Both the position numbers and the translations under genes were made by a program. Shown in pieces: positions 52,640 to 64,000 of a stretch of 64,000 bases of DNA. The notes below the pieces were generated by a model that saw only the letters and a program-made list of their open reading frames with translations, made no database searches and was not told the DNA's origin. The stretch is from Camelus ferus (Eukaryota): contig NC_045697.1 of assembly GCF_009834535.1 (NCBI RefSeq), forward strand, positions 29,142,001-29,206,000, given 5' to 3'. How positions within the stretch are numbered: position 1 is the stretch's first letter; every line of letters begins with the position of its first letter.

Positions 52640-53100
52640 GCTTAGGGCATTCTTGACGAAAGCACCATGGTTCTTCTGTTACTCTTATTTCTTCGCAGCA
52701 GAGATACCCGAGTCTGGCCGAAGTGAACTTCAGACATCCCCTTCCCATCTGCCCTTGATGCAGCAACTGCGGATGCTTGGGGACAATCTGCTGAACCACT
52801 GCGCAGCCTCAGACGCGTGTAACTTTGATGCATATCTAATGACTAGTGTGAAGACCTTGTTCATGGGAATTTCAGGGCTGACATTTGAGTGTTACCCATG
52901 AAACTTGCTTAAAGGTCTGATGCTGACATGAGCCACAGATTGTCAGCTTCATATCCTTGGAGTGTTCTCCATGCTGTCCACGGTACCAAATACGCTCCTA
53001 CAAAGCACAATGCCACCCTTGATCATTATTCTGCCAAGAGCCACACATTTTGTTAATGCCCATAGCGTTCTTTTTCCTTGTCCTTGGTGGGACCAAACCT
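52640..53100 (-). mobile_element. Probable ancient RTE-clade LINE fossil (L4-like)
   Basis: Minus-strand translation with frameshifts gives DKE..INK..ALGR..YR..TLQGYEA..IRPLSKFH..PMNKV..PKHPQLL..GQ..CLK..PW, collinear with RTE RT C-terminal motifs (DKEI..RI.KA..AFGRL..YRA..TLLYGCE..LERFH..TNNEVL..PKQLL..GQ..LK..W). Confidence 0.45.
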
Positions 53101-53618
53101 CTTCCTTTTAGGAAGACAGTCCTCCCTTTGTAGGCAAACATCCGCTTGTCTTCCATTATGTTGTTGGTTGAATCACAGCCCATAGCCACCTCTCTACCTT
53201 TTCAGTTTTGGAAATGAGTTAGCTTGTTTTGCACATAGCAAGTCATTACAGAGCAGGTTGCCAAAGGAACTAGTGCTTTGAGACTTTTACCCCTGTGAAT
53301 GAAATCATTTTAAAAGGGGGAATCATCCAGTTTGTGATTAGCCACAAACTCCCTGTGGAAACCAGTTTTTCTTTAAGAAAACTGGATTTTCCTAAATTCA
53401 CTTGGGCCCGGGAAACAGACCTCAGAATCATCTTAATTACAGGAATGCTTTGTTATGAAACCACTGGTTGATGGTATCCACAACGGGCTAAGTGTGAGTT
53501 GGGCCTATTTACTCCGACACCAGTTCTTCAGCTTATATCACCACGGACAGTACACGCTGATCATTATAAATGGCAAAGGACTTGGCCTATGCAAAAGTAA
53601 CCTTTTGCATAATTTCTC

Positions 53619-53637
53619 AACACCAGCGGGCGCCACA
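53619..53637 (+). promoter_or_regulatory. CTCF-like motif
   Basis: ACACCAGCGGGCGC versus consensus CCASYAGRKGGCRS: 2 mismatches; both CpGs retained. Confidence 0.4.
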
Positions 53638-56600
53638 TCTGAATTAGAACTTTTATTGAACTGGATCAGCAATTAAAGAAAAGGAGACAAGAGGTCTAGA
53701 CCAGAAAATGATGAGTTTACTCTCTGGTAAATGAGGATAAAGATGAGAAAAGAGAACAATTAATTTCTACTGCATTTTCCAAAACACCATTAATGTTTGA
53801 GCTGCGATGCTGCTTGTTTTAATTCATTCCTGTTTTATTGTTAATTTCCTCTTAAGTAAATGCTTAATCTTTCATTATGGGGTTCCTTTGTAGGTTTATT
53901 CATTTGAACCCAATTAAATTACAGGCCTTTTCCTTCCCACTCTGTGTAGTAATAAGTTATATGGCACAACATATATGGTAGGAAGTAATATGTGATGAAA
54001 AACTATCAATTTTCAGGTGAAGAAGCAGAAAAGTCACACAATTGGAACCTGCCTTCGGAGACTGCCATCAGCAGCCTGGGATCATTTTGTGTAGGTCCCC
54101 AACAGTATTTGAGTAAACAAAAGAGAATGTGTTTCAACTCACTTGCTCTACCTTGATGAGTATCTGCTCTTCAGCTAATTTCCTTCATATGGACCACGCA
54201 AGTGGTCCGACTGTGAGGAGCTTACCTCACGTCCTATTCGACTTACAGTCAGCCTTCTTGAAACAAAATGATGGGAAGGTCATTTTCCAAAAGGCATACC
54301 TTCTGGTAATTTTTAGGGATTTTGAAAAAAATTGTTTCTAAGAGATTTATGATCTCATTAAATGAACCCTACAAGTTGGGAACACGAAGAGCCATTTTAC
54401 CATAGAAAACAGTATCTTTAGTTACCCACGTTTTCCTCTTTTTCAAAACTTGCATTTTCAACTTGCAGGTTAAACAACACCCACTTCTTAATTTATTAAC
54501 TTACTTGGAATGAAAATCTAAGCTATGATGACCAGGATGGAGTCAGCACTCAAAACGTCTTACCATTTTATTTAAAGTTTCTATCAGAAATTCCGTGATT
54601 TTTTCCCTGTCACCCTTCCTAGAAATCTCCACCGTCCGATGCCCAGACCTTGATGGAGGAATACAGACTTCCTGTGGCTTGAGAAAAATCAGGCAATGGT
54701 CTAGATGTTAACTTTTTTAAGAGGACTGGCCAAATAGGCCAACAAACGTTCCTAAGAATTCAAATTTCTATGTATCAATCATGGCCAGTGATTCTTACTC
54801 CTTCCGTATGGGGAAAACAGACCAATCTTACCTCAGACTGAGGTAAAAATCTCAAAAAAAAAAAAAAATTTTTTTTAAACAAATAAAGTCTTATTAAAAA
54901 TTCTATCTTGCTCTGGTGAGCCCCTATACTCAACAGACCTCTTAAAAAACAACCATATCAAATTTACTCACAACTAAGAAACCAGTAAGCTTGAGACGGT
55001 CAATTCAGTGGAACTGTGGTTCCGTGTGTGTGTGTGTGTGTGTGTACACGCACGTGTGTGAATTTCTGAATCTGTCAATTAAGTTACTAGTCAAAGTGCC
55101 TCAAGAAATGTGCCTTTTCTATCATAAGCTCAGCAGCACTCTTGCTAGAAAATGTCAACATAGAGCATGAAGATTTGAAACCTGAGAATCTCATAATGGT
55201 CCAAAGTGGAAGCAGGGTGAAGTAGCCAGCTTCTGTCCGTTCCATTTAAACCATCTATTTTTTAAAAATCCAGGCTTTGGGTGGAGATATCATGTACTAT
55301 GCCAATGATCACCCTTCCCTGATGCTATCAAGAAAAGAAAAGTGGACACATTTGTTGAAGAAAACAATCTCTCACTAGAAGCTGATCACCTTCCTATGAG
55401 AGGTAGATGAGGCAAATTAAAAGCATAGATTTGGGGGAGAATTCAGAGGATTGGAAGGAAAACAGGCCTTGGGATCCAGCTCTAGGAAATACTGCTGATA
55501 GAGAAATAAGAATGTATGTCTAAACCACAAAAGGAAAAAATCCTTAAGAGCTTTTAAAGATTCTTCCAGGAATGCGACTAAGTCCGCATTTTAGGACAGA
55601 CATCTGTTCATATGAAGCCACTTTCCCCTTTCTTCTTTCCCCATTAGGTTCATGCTTATTTCTTGAACCTGACGCTCACTCAACCATTTTGAAACTCTCC
55701 AGCTGCTCCTTATTTGATACAGTCACTAACACCTGCCCCCAGTCTCCCTTTGCCTAGTAAACCATTCTTTCTCCACTGGGACTCAGTTAAAACACTACTT
55801 ACATCCAAGAAGCCTTCCCTGGTGGTCACCCCTTCCTCTGATATTCAGAGTAGGTCCTCTGGTTTTAAACTCCCTACAATTCTTCCTCAGCCCACTCACA
55901 GCTCGTTTATTATTTAATATGTGCCCTGACTACTAGACTGGGTTCCTGGGGGCAGAAATACAATCCTTTCTGTCTCAGACTCTTAATTACCCACTACCTA
56001 GCACAGAGTCTGGCACATAGTAGGTGGAGGGAAAATGTCAGTTAACTGGTTCACCTGTACCCCTACCATTTTAAGCATTAATGTACAATCACCTATGGGG
56101 TCCCCTAATACAGAGGAGCTCCAAACCTTAAAGTCTGTATAAATCAGGCCCATGTGGCTTGGGGAATCCTGCCTATTCTGGGGCATTAACTCTGTAAAGA
56201 TGCTACTGATCCATGTAATTGGCATAAATGTGAATTTGGACCCTTTCACACATAAATAGATGCTGACAAATCATTCTGGGGACACAATAGTGAAATACTC
56301 TAAAACAGATTATTTCACTACTATTTTAGAGTATTTCACTTGTAAGTCCTACAATGCTGAGCACTGGAAGGGAACCAGGCTTTGGATAACAGTGTCTGGT
56401 GCTAGGATCTGCTGCCTAAGAAGCTGTTCCGTGGTCTCACATGGGCTGCTCTGAACCCCAGCACCACTGCTTAAGGGGTCCCAGGGTTACTCATCACAAA
56501 ACCGTCATATGAAGGCACCAAAAAGAGTTAGTTTTTAAAGGCTCTTACACTCTGTGAAAAATAGGAGGTAGCAAGCACCTAACACTGGTCATTTGGGGGT

Positions 56601-57022
56601 TATTAGAGGAATACTATATTTCACTAAATCGAAGTCTCCATAAGATGCACCCCAGCTTTAGACATGCTAAATTATGGGGGGAGCTGCATTCTAGAGTTGA
56701 CGAAATGCAGTGAACAACATAGGAAAAACTCAGTATTAAAAGACCCACTAAGTCATTCAAATATAGCTTCTGTCATTCTTTTTGACTGTGGGAGTCCTCC
56801 GGGGACACTGGCACTTACAAACACACAGGCCACTCTGGCCTAGTCAATGAAGTAAATGAAAGCCCAGAAGCAAAAACAATATGTGTTGGTTTAAAAAGAG
56901 AGAGAGAAAGAGAGAGAGAGAGGATTAACATTTGGATGTCACCAGGTAAGGTTCACCTACTTTTCCCCACCCCTGGATGATGTTCATTTGAGCCACAGGG
57001 AAGATGGAGCCAGGTGACTTAC

Positions 57023-57109
57023 CAAACCTCTTCAGGGAGCCCAGGAACGCTGGTCTCTGCTAGGTGACCTGATGCAAGGTGTCCTTCTAGTGCCTCTGTT
57101 ACCCGAACT
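57023..57109 (-). other. Candidate 87-nt internal exon, probably 5' UTR
   Basis: Acceptor gtgttatcttttccattccag|AG and donor TTG|gtaagt, both close to consensus. Confidence 0.6.
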
Positions 57110-58527
57110 CTGGAATGGAAAAGATAACACTGTTGACCCAGAGATGACTAACGAGGAGTGTGCAATTAATGACTGCTAACAGGAATGGAGGGGAGGGGGG
57201 AAGACAAAAAAAGAAAAAACTTCGTGATTATTACATGTGTATGTGTGTGTGTGTGTGTGTGTTACAAGGAAAGCTACGTAACTGGGCAGTAGAAGAGATC
57301 TGCACTGACCCACTTACATGGAGGAATATAGGTCTGGTCCTTTCGCCAGTCCTGCAAATCTATTCAGGTTGATATTTGCTAAAGGATATTCAAAGAAAAA
57401 ACCCTCAGTCTGACAAGAAGAGAGGAGGAAACGCATACAGAGCTGGTGTAACGGGAGAGGGGGTGGAGGGTGGGGGCAGTTCACGGGTTTGCCCAGGTGT
57501 TCAAAACTCAGTTCTATTGCTTGCTAGCTGGGTGACCTTGGACATTTTACTAATTTCTCTGGTCTTCCTTCAAATTTAAATTCATTTAAATTTCTTTCTG
57601 GAGAGGGACATTAAATTGCAGTCTTCTAGGGTAAATAATGAAATACGTGAAATTGTTTAAAGCCTTGTGAGCTGTTAGCGTTTAAAATATTTCCTTATCT
57701 TTGGAAGCCCTTTGCAGCTGGCTTTTCTGCCCATATATGAATAATATTCCTCAAACATTCAGCTTCATCTTTAAGTAAATACATCTGATTAGCTAAGCTC
57801 TATACAGCAGATTTTATTATGCTACTACTCCGCCAAGAATGAATAAAACTGCACAAGAGTCTCAGTCCTGCCCCCTCCAAGAAAGACCACAAGTCCACAA
57901 CCTACCTCTAGGAAACAAAACACAGTTCTATTAACTCCTGCAGTTGAATTAGGTAATCATTTGTTCCAAAGTTCTTCCAAACTCAATGACCTAATTAACT
58001 AAGGTTGAGCTTTTGATTAACGTACAGTGCTTGAAGGAACTTTGACCCACAGAAAGTTGGCATTTGACTTGCTTCTGAGTCCAACCTGTATCACGAGTGC
58101 AGGTTTCAAGGGTAATAAAGGACCTGGCTGTTTGCTTACAGCAACAGAGGCGGTGCCGTGTCATTATATGGCTTTTACCTCGACTCTCCACCAAACCATT
58201 GGCAAAGACCATTTGCAGCCCACAGGTCAGCTTCTGGAGTGAAAAGAATTTGAAAGAGTGTGTATTTCCAAACTGCAAAGCACCTACTTTCTACCTGGCA
58301 TTTTTAACTGTGTGTCGGTTGTTTAGGAATCATGAGTATGATCCAGATCACAGTGATCAGAGTGGAGCTGGGGTGTTAGAGCAGGTGTGGGCCCTGTCCA
58401 TCCAGATCCTGCCTTGGTGAGCAAACTGCTCTCTTGGGTGGCTGCTGAGTTCCCCTTTATTAACGTGCTCTAAACACACAGAGACACAAGGCAGAGGCCA
58501 CAGTACCTGAGGGTTCATGTTCCTGCT

Positions 58528-58899
58528 TGTTATGAGATGAATAGTGTCCTTCCTAAATCCCTGTGTTGAAACTCTGAGCCCCAGTACCAGAGAATGTGAC
58601 TGTATTTGGAGACAGGGCTTTGGAAGAGGTAATTAAGGTTACGTTGAGGTCAGATGGGTGGGCCCTAATCCAGTATGACTGGGGTCCTTATAAGAGGAGA
58701 TTTGAACACATTCACATGCAGACTAAGTAAGGGACGATCCTAGAAGGACACTGTGAGGAGGATGTTTGCAAGACAAGGAGAGAGTCCTCAGGAAGAAACC
58801 AAACCTGCCAGCGCCTTGATCTTGGACTTCCAGGCTCCAGAACTGTGAGGGAAAAAGCTCTCTCTTGTTTAAGCCACTCAGCCCCTGTAGTCTAATACA
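58528..58899 (+). mobile_element. MaLR solo LTR (MLT1B-like)
   Basis: TG...CA termini; agaatgtgactgtatttggagacaggg...ggtgggccctaatccagtatgactgg...ccttgatcttggacttccag...ccagaactgtgag...tgtttaagccac. Confidence 0.92.
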
Positions 58900-59144
58900 C
58901 TACCCTCTGCCTGGACCCCCAACCTTACATCCCAGGACCAGGCAGGTACCAAATGAGGAAGCGGACTAAGAGGAAAATGACAGGAGTGGTGTTGACTGTG
59001 GAAAATGGGAGAGGCCATCAAATTTTAAAACTTTAAAAATACTATGAGGCCACATAAATTATATCCATGGCTTGATTATGCTGGTGGCCCTTCAGTGGCA
59101 ACTCCTGAGCTAAATCATTGCAATTAGACATTTAAAAACACCCA

Positions 59145-59900
59145 CTATTCATGCTTTCAACAAATATTCATTGAACACCTACTACAGGCCAGGCCCTAAG
59201 CCAAACACTGGACATAGTGGTGGATAAAATAAGGCGTCTTCTCTGCCTTCATGGTTCGTAACAGTCTGGTAGGGAGTCTGGGTACTGAGCTAGGTGAGCA
59301 ATGTCAAGTTGAAAAGACAAAGCGGCTCTCCTCCAAGACAGTGCAGATTACTGGGGCACAGACGTGGAACGAGACCATTATGAAACAATGGTGCACTGGC
59401 TAAATGACACAGAGGCAATGGAAAGTGGAAAGATGGCTCCAATTCTATCAAGGTTAATTAAATAAGAAGTGAGCCAAGTTCTGAAGGATGACTAACAGTC
59501 TGCCCAGCAGACAGGGATGACAGATGAGGAAAGGGCATTTTCCAGACAGAAGGAACAGCCAGCTCCTAGGTAGGGGACCATAAGACAGCACAGAATCATT
59601 GGAGAATGGCAACCAGTTGGACCACAGGTGGGCAGTGGAGGGAGCAGCAGGATGTGCTGCTGAACAAGGTGAGGGGCTCACATTTTATTGCACTGTGAAC
59701 CACTGGAGAATTTTAATAGAGAAGGTGACATTACCTGACTTGCATATTTAAAAGATCGCTCTGACCACAACCTAGAGGGGCTAAAGGCAGGGTGACCCAA
59801 CAGGAGAAGATGAAGGCAGGAACCAGGAGGAGACATAGGGATACCTGGTGGTCAAGGTCAGGGATGCAGAACTGAAACTGCCATGGTTCAACCGTGGCCA
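59145..59900 (-). mobile_element. L2 LINE 3' portion
   Basis: ttcaacaaatattcattgaacacctactacaggccaggccct...gggcattttccagacagaaggaacagc...ttaaaagatcgctctg. Confidence 0.75.
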
Positions 59901-60884
59901 TGGTGACACTGCCCAAGGACATTACGTGCATCAAGAGAGGCACTGAGTTTTTGATCACTGAGAACATGTGTTTCTGAAGAAGCTTTTAACTTCATTTATC
60001 TTACATTTCACACCAGTAAACTAACTCTACTCATCCTTTTTCTCCAAAGCCACATATGACTGTACCTCAGGTTCCTCATCTAAATATGGATAATAAAGGC
60101 ACTACCCTCACAGAGAAGATGCCTTGAACTCATGAATACAAGTGAGTACTTAAGCTTTATTATTAAATTAACAATTATTAAAGCATTTAAAACACAAATG
60201 GATGTTTACTGACTGCGCAGTTAACATGAATAGGAGCCAGATTAAAACAATCACCACAACCACAGAGTAAAAACTTATACAACTGTCTTGGGAAAGAGCT
60301 GCCTCCGATTTCCTTAATCTCTCCAGAGCTCTCCCACAGCCTCTTAGAAAGGGCCCTAATATTTGTGCAGGATCACTACTTTAAATTTATAAAATGCTTT
60401 GTCTCAGGTAAAAAAAAATTCCAAATATTAATGATCCAAGGACATGTGGGACCTGCAGAGAGAGACTGGCTGCCAAGGGGCACAAGAGAACTTTCTAGAG
60501 AGATGGAAATTTCTCTGTCTTGATTGAGGCAGTGGTTCCATGGCTGTATGTGTTCCACATAGCTAAAAATATGAATTTTACTATATATAAATTATATTTC
60601 AATAAAGACAATGAAGATAGAAAGGCTGGAAATGGGGGAACGGGGAATTCAAGGGGAAATGGATACTAATATTCCAAAAAAGGGGGGGAAGTAGAATTGC
60701 GTGAAAGAATTTGCCTTAAAACTTTAAATTTCCAAAAACATCATCTCTCTGAATGGATGAAGCTGGCTGAGAATGTGAAAAAGCTTCCTAATTAATGCAA
60801 GAAACATTGTGAAAAAGTCAGAAGTCCTCATCCTACTCCTGTGCCTAAAGAACAGCACATTTTACCCATAGATTCACTGGACAA

Positions 60885-60900
60885 GCTGCCCTCTGGTGGC
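60885..60900 (-). promoter_or_regulatory. CTCF consensus motif
   Basis: Minus strand GCCACCAGAGGGCAGC matches the core CCASYAGRKGGCRS without mismatch. Confidence 0.55.
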
Positions 60901-61714
60901 TTTGATACATATTTCCTGAGCACAAAAGTAGACAGTTACTAAGCTGTCTAGGTTGCAAGCACAGACTGCCTACAAATATTTCCCAAGGTAACTGAGAGTG
61001 GGTGTGCTGGCCTCTTGCACACAAGAGGGGACACGGGCCATTCTGGGCTTGCGTCACAGCTGAGCTTTAAATAACTAAGAAAACAGGACTGCAGCAAAAT
61101 ACATATGGTATGAGGCTGACAAATTCAAGAGACACTTTAACTCAATTTAAATTTCACTTTCGCAACCCGGTATCAGCGTATCAGAAGCAAACATCTGTCT
61201 CAAACAAGGTGAGGGTGAAGAAAACAGAACCGAAAGTTTCAGTCCCAGCATCTGTGACTATTACTCAATATTCCCAAGGTATTTTTGCATAAAGAAAACA
61301 GTAACAACAACCCAGCAAATACTATCCAAACACTGGTTTTTATTAACACTGGCATGCGGGGAATCTAGGTGTCTTATGAAACATTAAGCATTTGTTTAAA
61401 ATAAAGGCAAGAAGGAAGGGAGGGAGGAGCAAATAGCACAGCTTTCCAAAAGTTGCACTAAAAAAGATACATGATGACACAAGCCTCAACTCGCAAGATG
61501 ATAATATTTTCTCTTTAGAAAGCAATGCATCTTCATTTTGTCAGAGAAACACATAGGAAAAGACTGTTATAGATGGACATAGAGGCTGCATTTCAACTGC
61601 TGAGTTGTTAAAAAGGCACCAAGTCCAGATCCAGTAGTATCAGGCTGGACTGAATTAATTTACACCAGGGTCATACTCACTCCTGATAAATGACTGCTGA
61701 ATCCATATTCTGGT

Positions 61715-62215
61715 AGACCAAACTTTCTTTTTAAATCAAATCATGTCACTTCCCTTCTCAAAACCCTCCAACGGCTTCTCTTCATACTTAGAATAAAATC
61801 CAAAGTCCTTCCCAGGGCTCCCTCCGGACGTGCCTGGCTCCCTACTTCATTCCCTGCCTCTCTCCTACCACCTCACTCCCTCTGACCTCCCTGCCTGAGC
61901 ACTCAAGGTCACCCCAATCTGGGACTTCCCTTCCCAGCCTTCCCCACCTGGCTCCTCCCCCTGACTGGATTCACCTCCTCCAAGAAGTCTTCCCAGACCA
62001 CTCTTTGAAAACAGCCCTCTAGTCACCAACCCTGCACTCTCTCTCCTCTTTCCTGTTTTTATTTTTCTTCTATACCTTTATTATTACCTGAAATTATATT
62101 ATGTATTCATTTTTTATCAGTTTTTATTATCTCTCTGCCCCAATGAAATGTGAGCTCCATGAGAGAAGGAGCTTTCTCTTCTAAAACAGAGCCAGACACT
62201 GGTCAGTACTCATTA
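61715..62215 (+). mobile_element. L2a 3' portion
   Basis: atcatgtcacttcccttctcaaaaccctccaacggctt...agaataaaatccaaagtcctt...aatgtgagctccatgagag. Confidence 0.85.
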
Positions 62216-62431
62216 TGTGAGAAATGAAATATCCCTACTTGGAAAGATAATAAACCCTGATGAAATATGTTCCAACACTCCATCACAATCAACAAATCCT
62301 TCCTTAGGTCTCCCTCAAGTCTCTCTTAATTGCAACAAAAGCCCATCTCCTTTACTTGAATCCCAGAGTGATGGACAGGGGTTGACCAACAAGAACCAAC
62401 AAGCTGTTAAGTAATTCTTCAGGACCACAGA

Positions 62432-62591
62432 ATTTTCTTTTCTTTCCTTTTTCTAATTTTTAAAATTTTATTTATCTGGGGGGTGGTGATTAGGTTTATT
62501 TATTTATTTTTTAGAGGAGGTTCTGGAGATTGAATCCATGACTTCGTGCATGCTAAGCATGCACTCTACCATTTAAGCTATACCCTCCCCC
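62432..62591 (-). mobile_element. Camelid tRNA-Ala-derived SINE (Vic-1-like)
   Basis: gattgaatccatgacttcgtgcatgctaagcatgcactctaccatttaagctataccctccccc; 11-bp TSD aggaccacaga (62421-62431, 62593-62603). Confidence 0.92.
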
Positions 62592-64000
62592 TAGGACCAC
62601 AGACTTTTGAAGGTAAAATGGGGCCATAGACTCCAGCCCTTTTGTTTTGAAGATAAGTACACAGGCTCAGAGAGGGTAGCTGGATTCTCCAGCTCACAAG
62701 GAGACAGTGAACATCAGCAAACACCACGTCACTTAAAGGCTGCAGTGCCCGCCTTATTCATTTCTGCAATCCCAGGACCCAGCACAGTGCCTGGCACAAA
62801 GAAGTGCACCTGAGGAACAAGTGTCCCCACTTCTACTCTAAGTGCTCATTCAACTGAGCGGACTTCCTTCCTCTCATCACTGTCCCAACTGTAACTTCCT
62901 GTCCGAGAACGATTTCCAGTCACTTGCGTCATGTGTCATCATTTTCTGTCCTCTGTATGTAGGTATATATGACAGCATACCAGGCACAATAGTCTGTCTG
63001 GGGGCTGGTTTGATTCTAACATAATTCAAATAGGCCAGCATGGAAAATACCTAGGAAAAAGTGGGATATGGAAAGAAAACATTAAAAAAAAAAGACAAAA
63101 AGCTGGCAGTGTCCCCGGCCACAGGTGCTGTGACTGTCATGCAAGGCAGGAGCTTTGTCTGGTCCTTATTTGTTGTCCTGCAGCACCTAGCAGTGTGTCT
63201 GGCACACAGTCAAGGCCCATTTGTTGGGAGGGAGAAGAGAGGGAAATGACACTGTAACTTCAGCTTATACTCAGTATACAGTGGCTTTATAATAAAAAAA
63301 CACTTCATGCTAACAGCTCACACTTGCAAGGTGCCTTCAGTTCTTAGCACTTACATACATCTTGTTATTGAATCCTCCCAGGTCATCCACCTTACCTGTA
63401 AGGGAAATGCTAAACCCTGGAAAACAAAGTATTTTTTAGAAGTCATTTAGCAGCCAAATCTAGACTCTAGTCTCTAACAAGACTCTATAGATTTCTATTC
63501 TTCTAGCATATGAGAAGCCACATGTTCTGCTGAAGAAACAGTGATGTGTTTGATTATGGGATGTTGCCCCAGACCCAGCTAGTGGTATGAAGCAATGCAG
63601 AGTATATGCAACATACTATCTAAAATCTGAAATATTCTGGATTCCAAAATACATCTGACCCAATAGGTTTCAGGCGAGGACGTCTCAGATTCACATTCAG
63701 GCAGAGAAGAAACCTGTCCACAGTTACGCAGGCAGGCTGGGATTCCAATCCAGGCGGCCTGATTCTGCAGGCTGTGCTGGCGGCCATCACATTATCCTGT
63801 CTCTGTAATCAGTGATATCGGTATGATCTGAAAAGCAGTTACTGCCTCAACTATTTTTCTGATGTGGCTCCAGGAAATAGGATTCAGAAAGTGAATGGCG
63901 GTGCCAGACTTATATTGTCATCCATGAAGACTGATTTGGACCACCGGTGATGCCAGCTAAATGGGGGCTCAGGGACAGTAATCCAAGCACAGTGGACTTC

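Noticed and set aside
52653..52901. Plus-strand ORF with a BH3-like motif (LMQQLRMLGDNL) behind a polypyrimidine/NAGNAG acceptor
   Set aside because: A short degenerate motif is expected by chance; the ORF starts at TTG, has no partner exons, and is better explained as the antisense of an RTE-like fossil

Overview
Mammalian genomic DNA, not prokaryotic. It is most likely camelid (alpaca, llama or camel), because it carries five copies of a tRNA-Ala-derived SINE of the Vic-1 type and cetartiodactyl-type L1 3' ends. I found no intact protein-coding gene. The ORF track consists of chance ORFs and repeat remnants, the clearest being a Charlie1 hAT transposase fragment at 45851-46126 and L1 ORF2 pieces. 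The window looks like the intron-rich 5' part of a large minus-strand gene that I cannot name. Candidate non-coding or uORF-bearing exons lie at 57023-57109, 40234-~40350, 39824-40030, 14823-14956 (weak) and 4621-~4690 (behind a CCAAT box and TATA-like motif). The rest is a dense repeat landscape: MIR, L2, L1MB/MC/ME, young L1, MLT1 LTRs, Charlie1a with a nested MER53, MER3/5/58, and a probable ancient RTE (L4-like) fossil. The most notable observations are a ~54-bp inverted duplication 1 kb apart, a uORF-dense exon pair next to a CpG-retaining region, and a convergent pair of CTCF-like motifs. Repeat family names come from recalled consensus sequences and repeat boundaries are approximate. 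I see no convincing evidence of a novel biological system.
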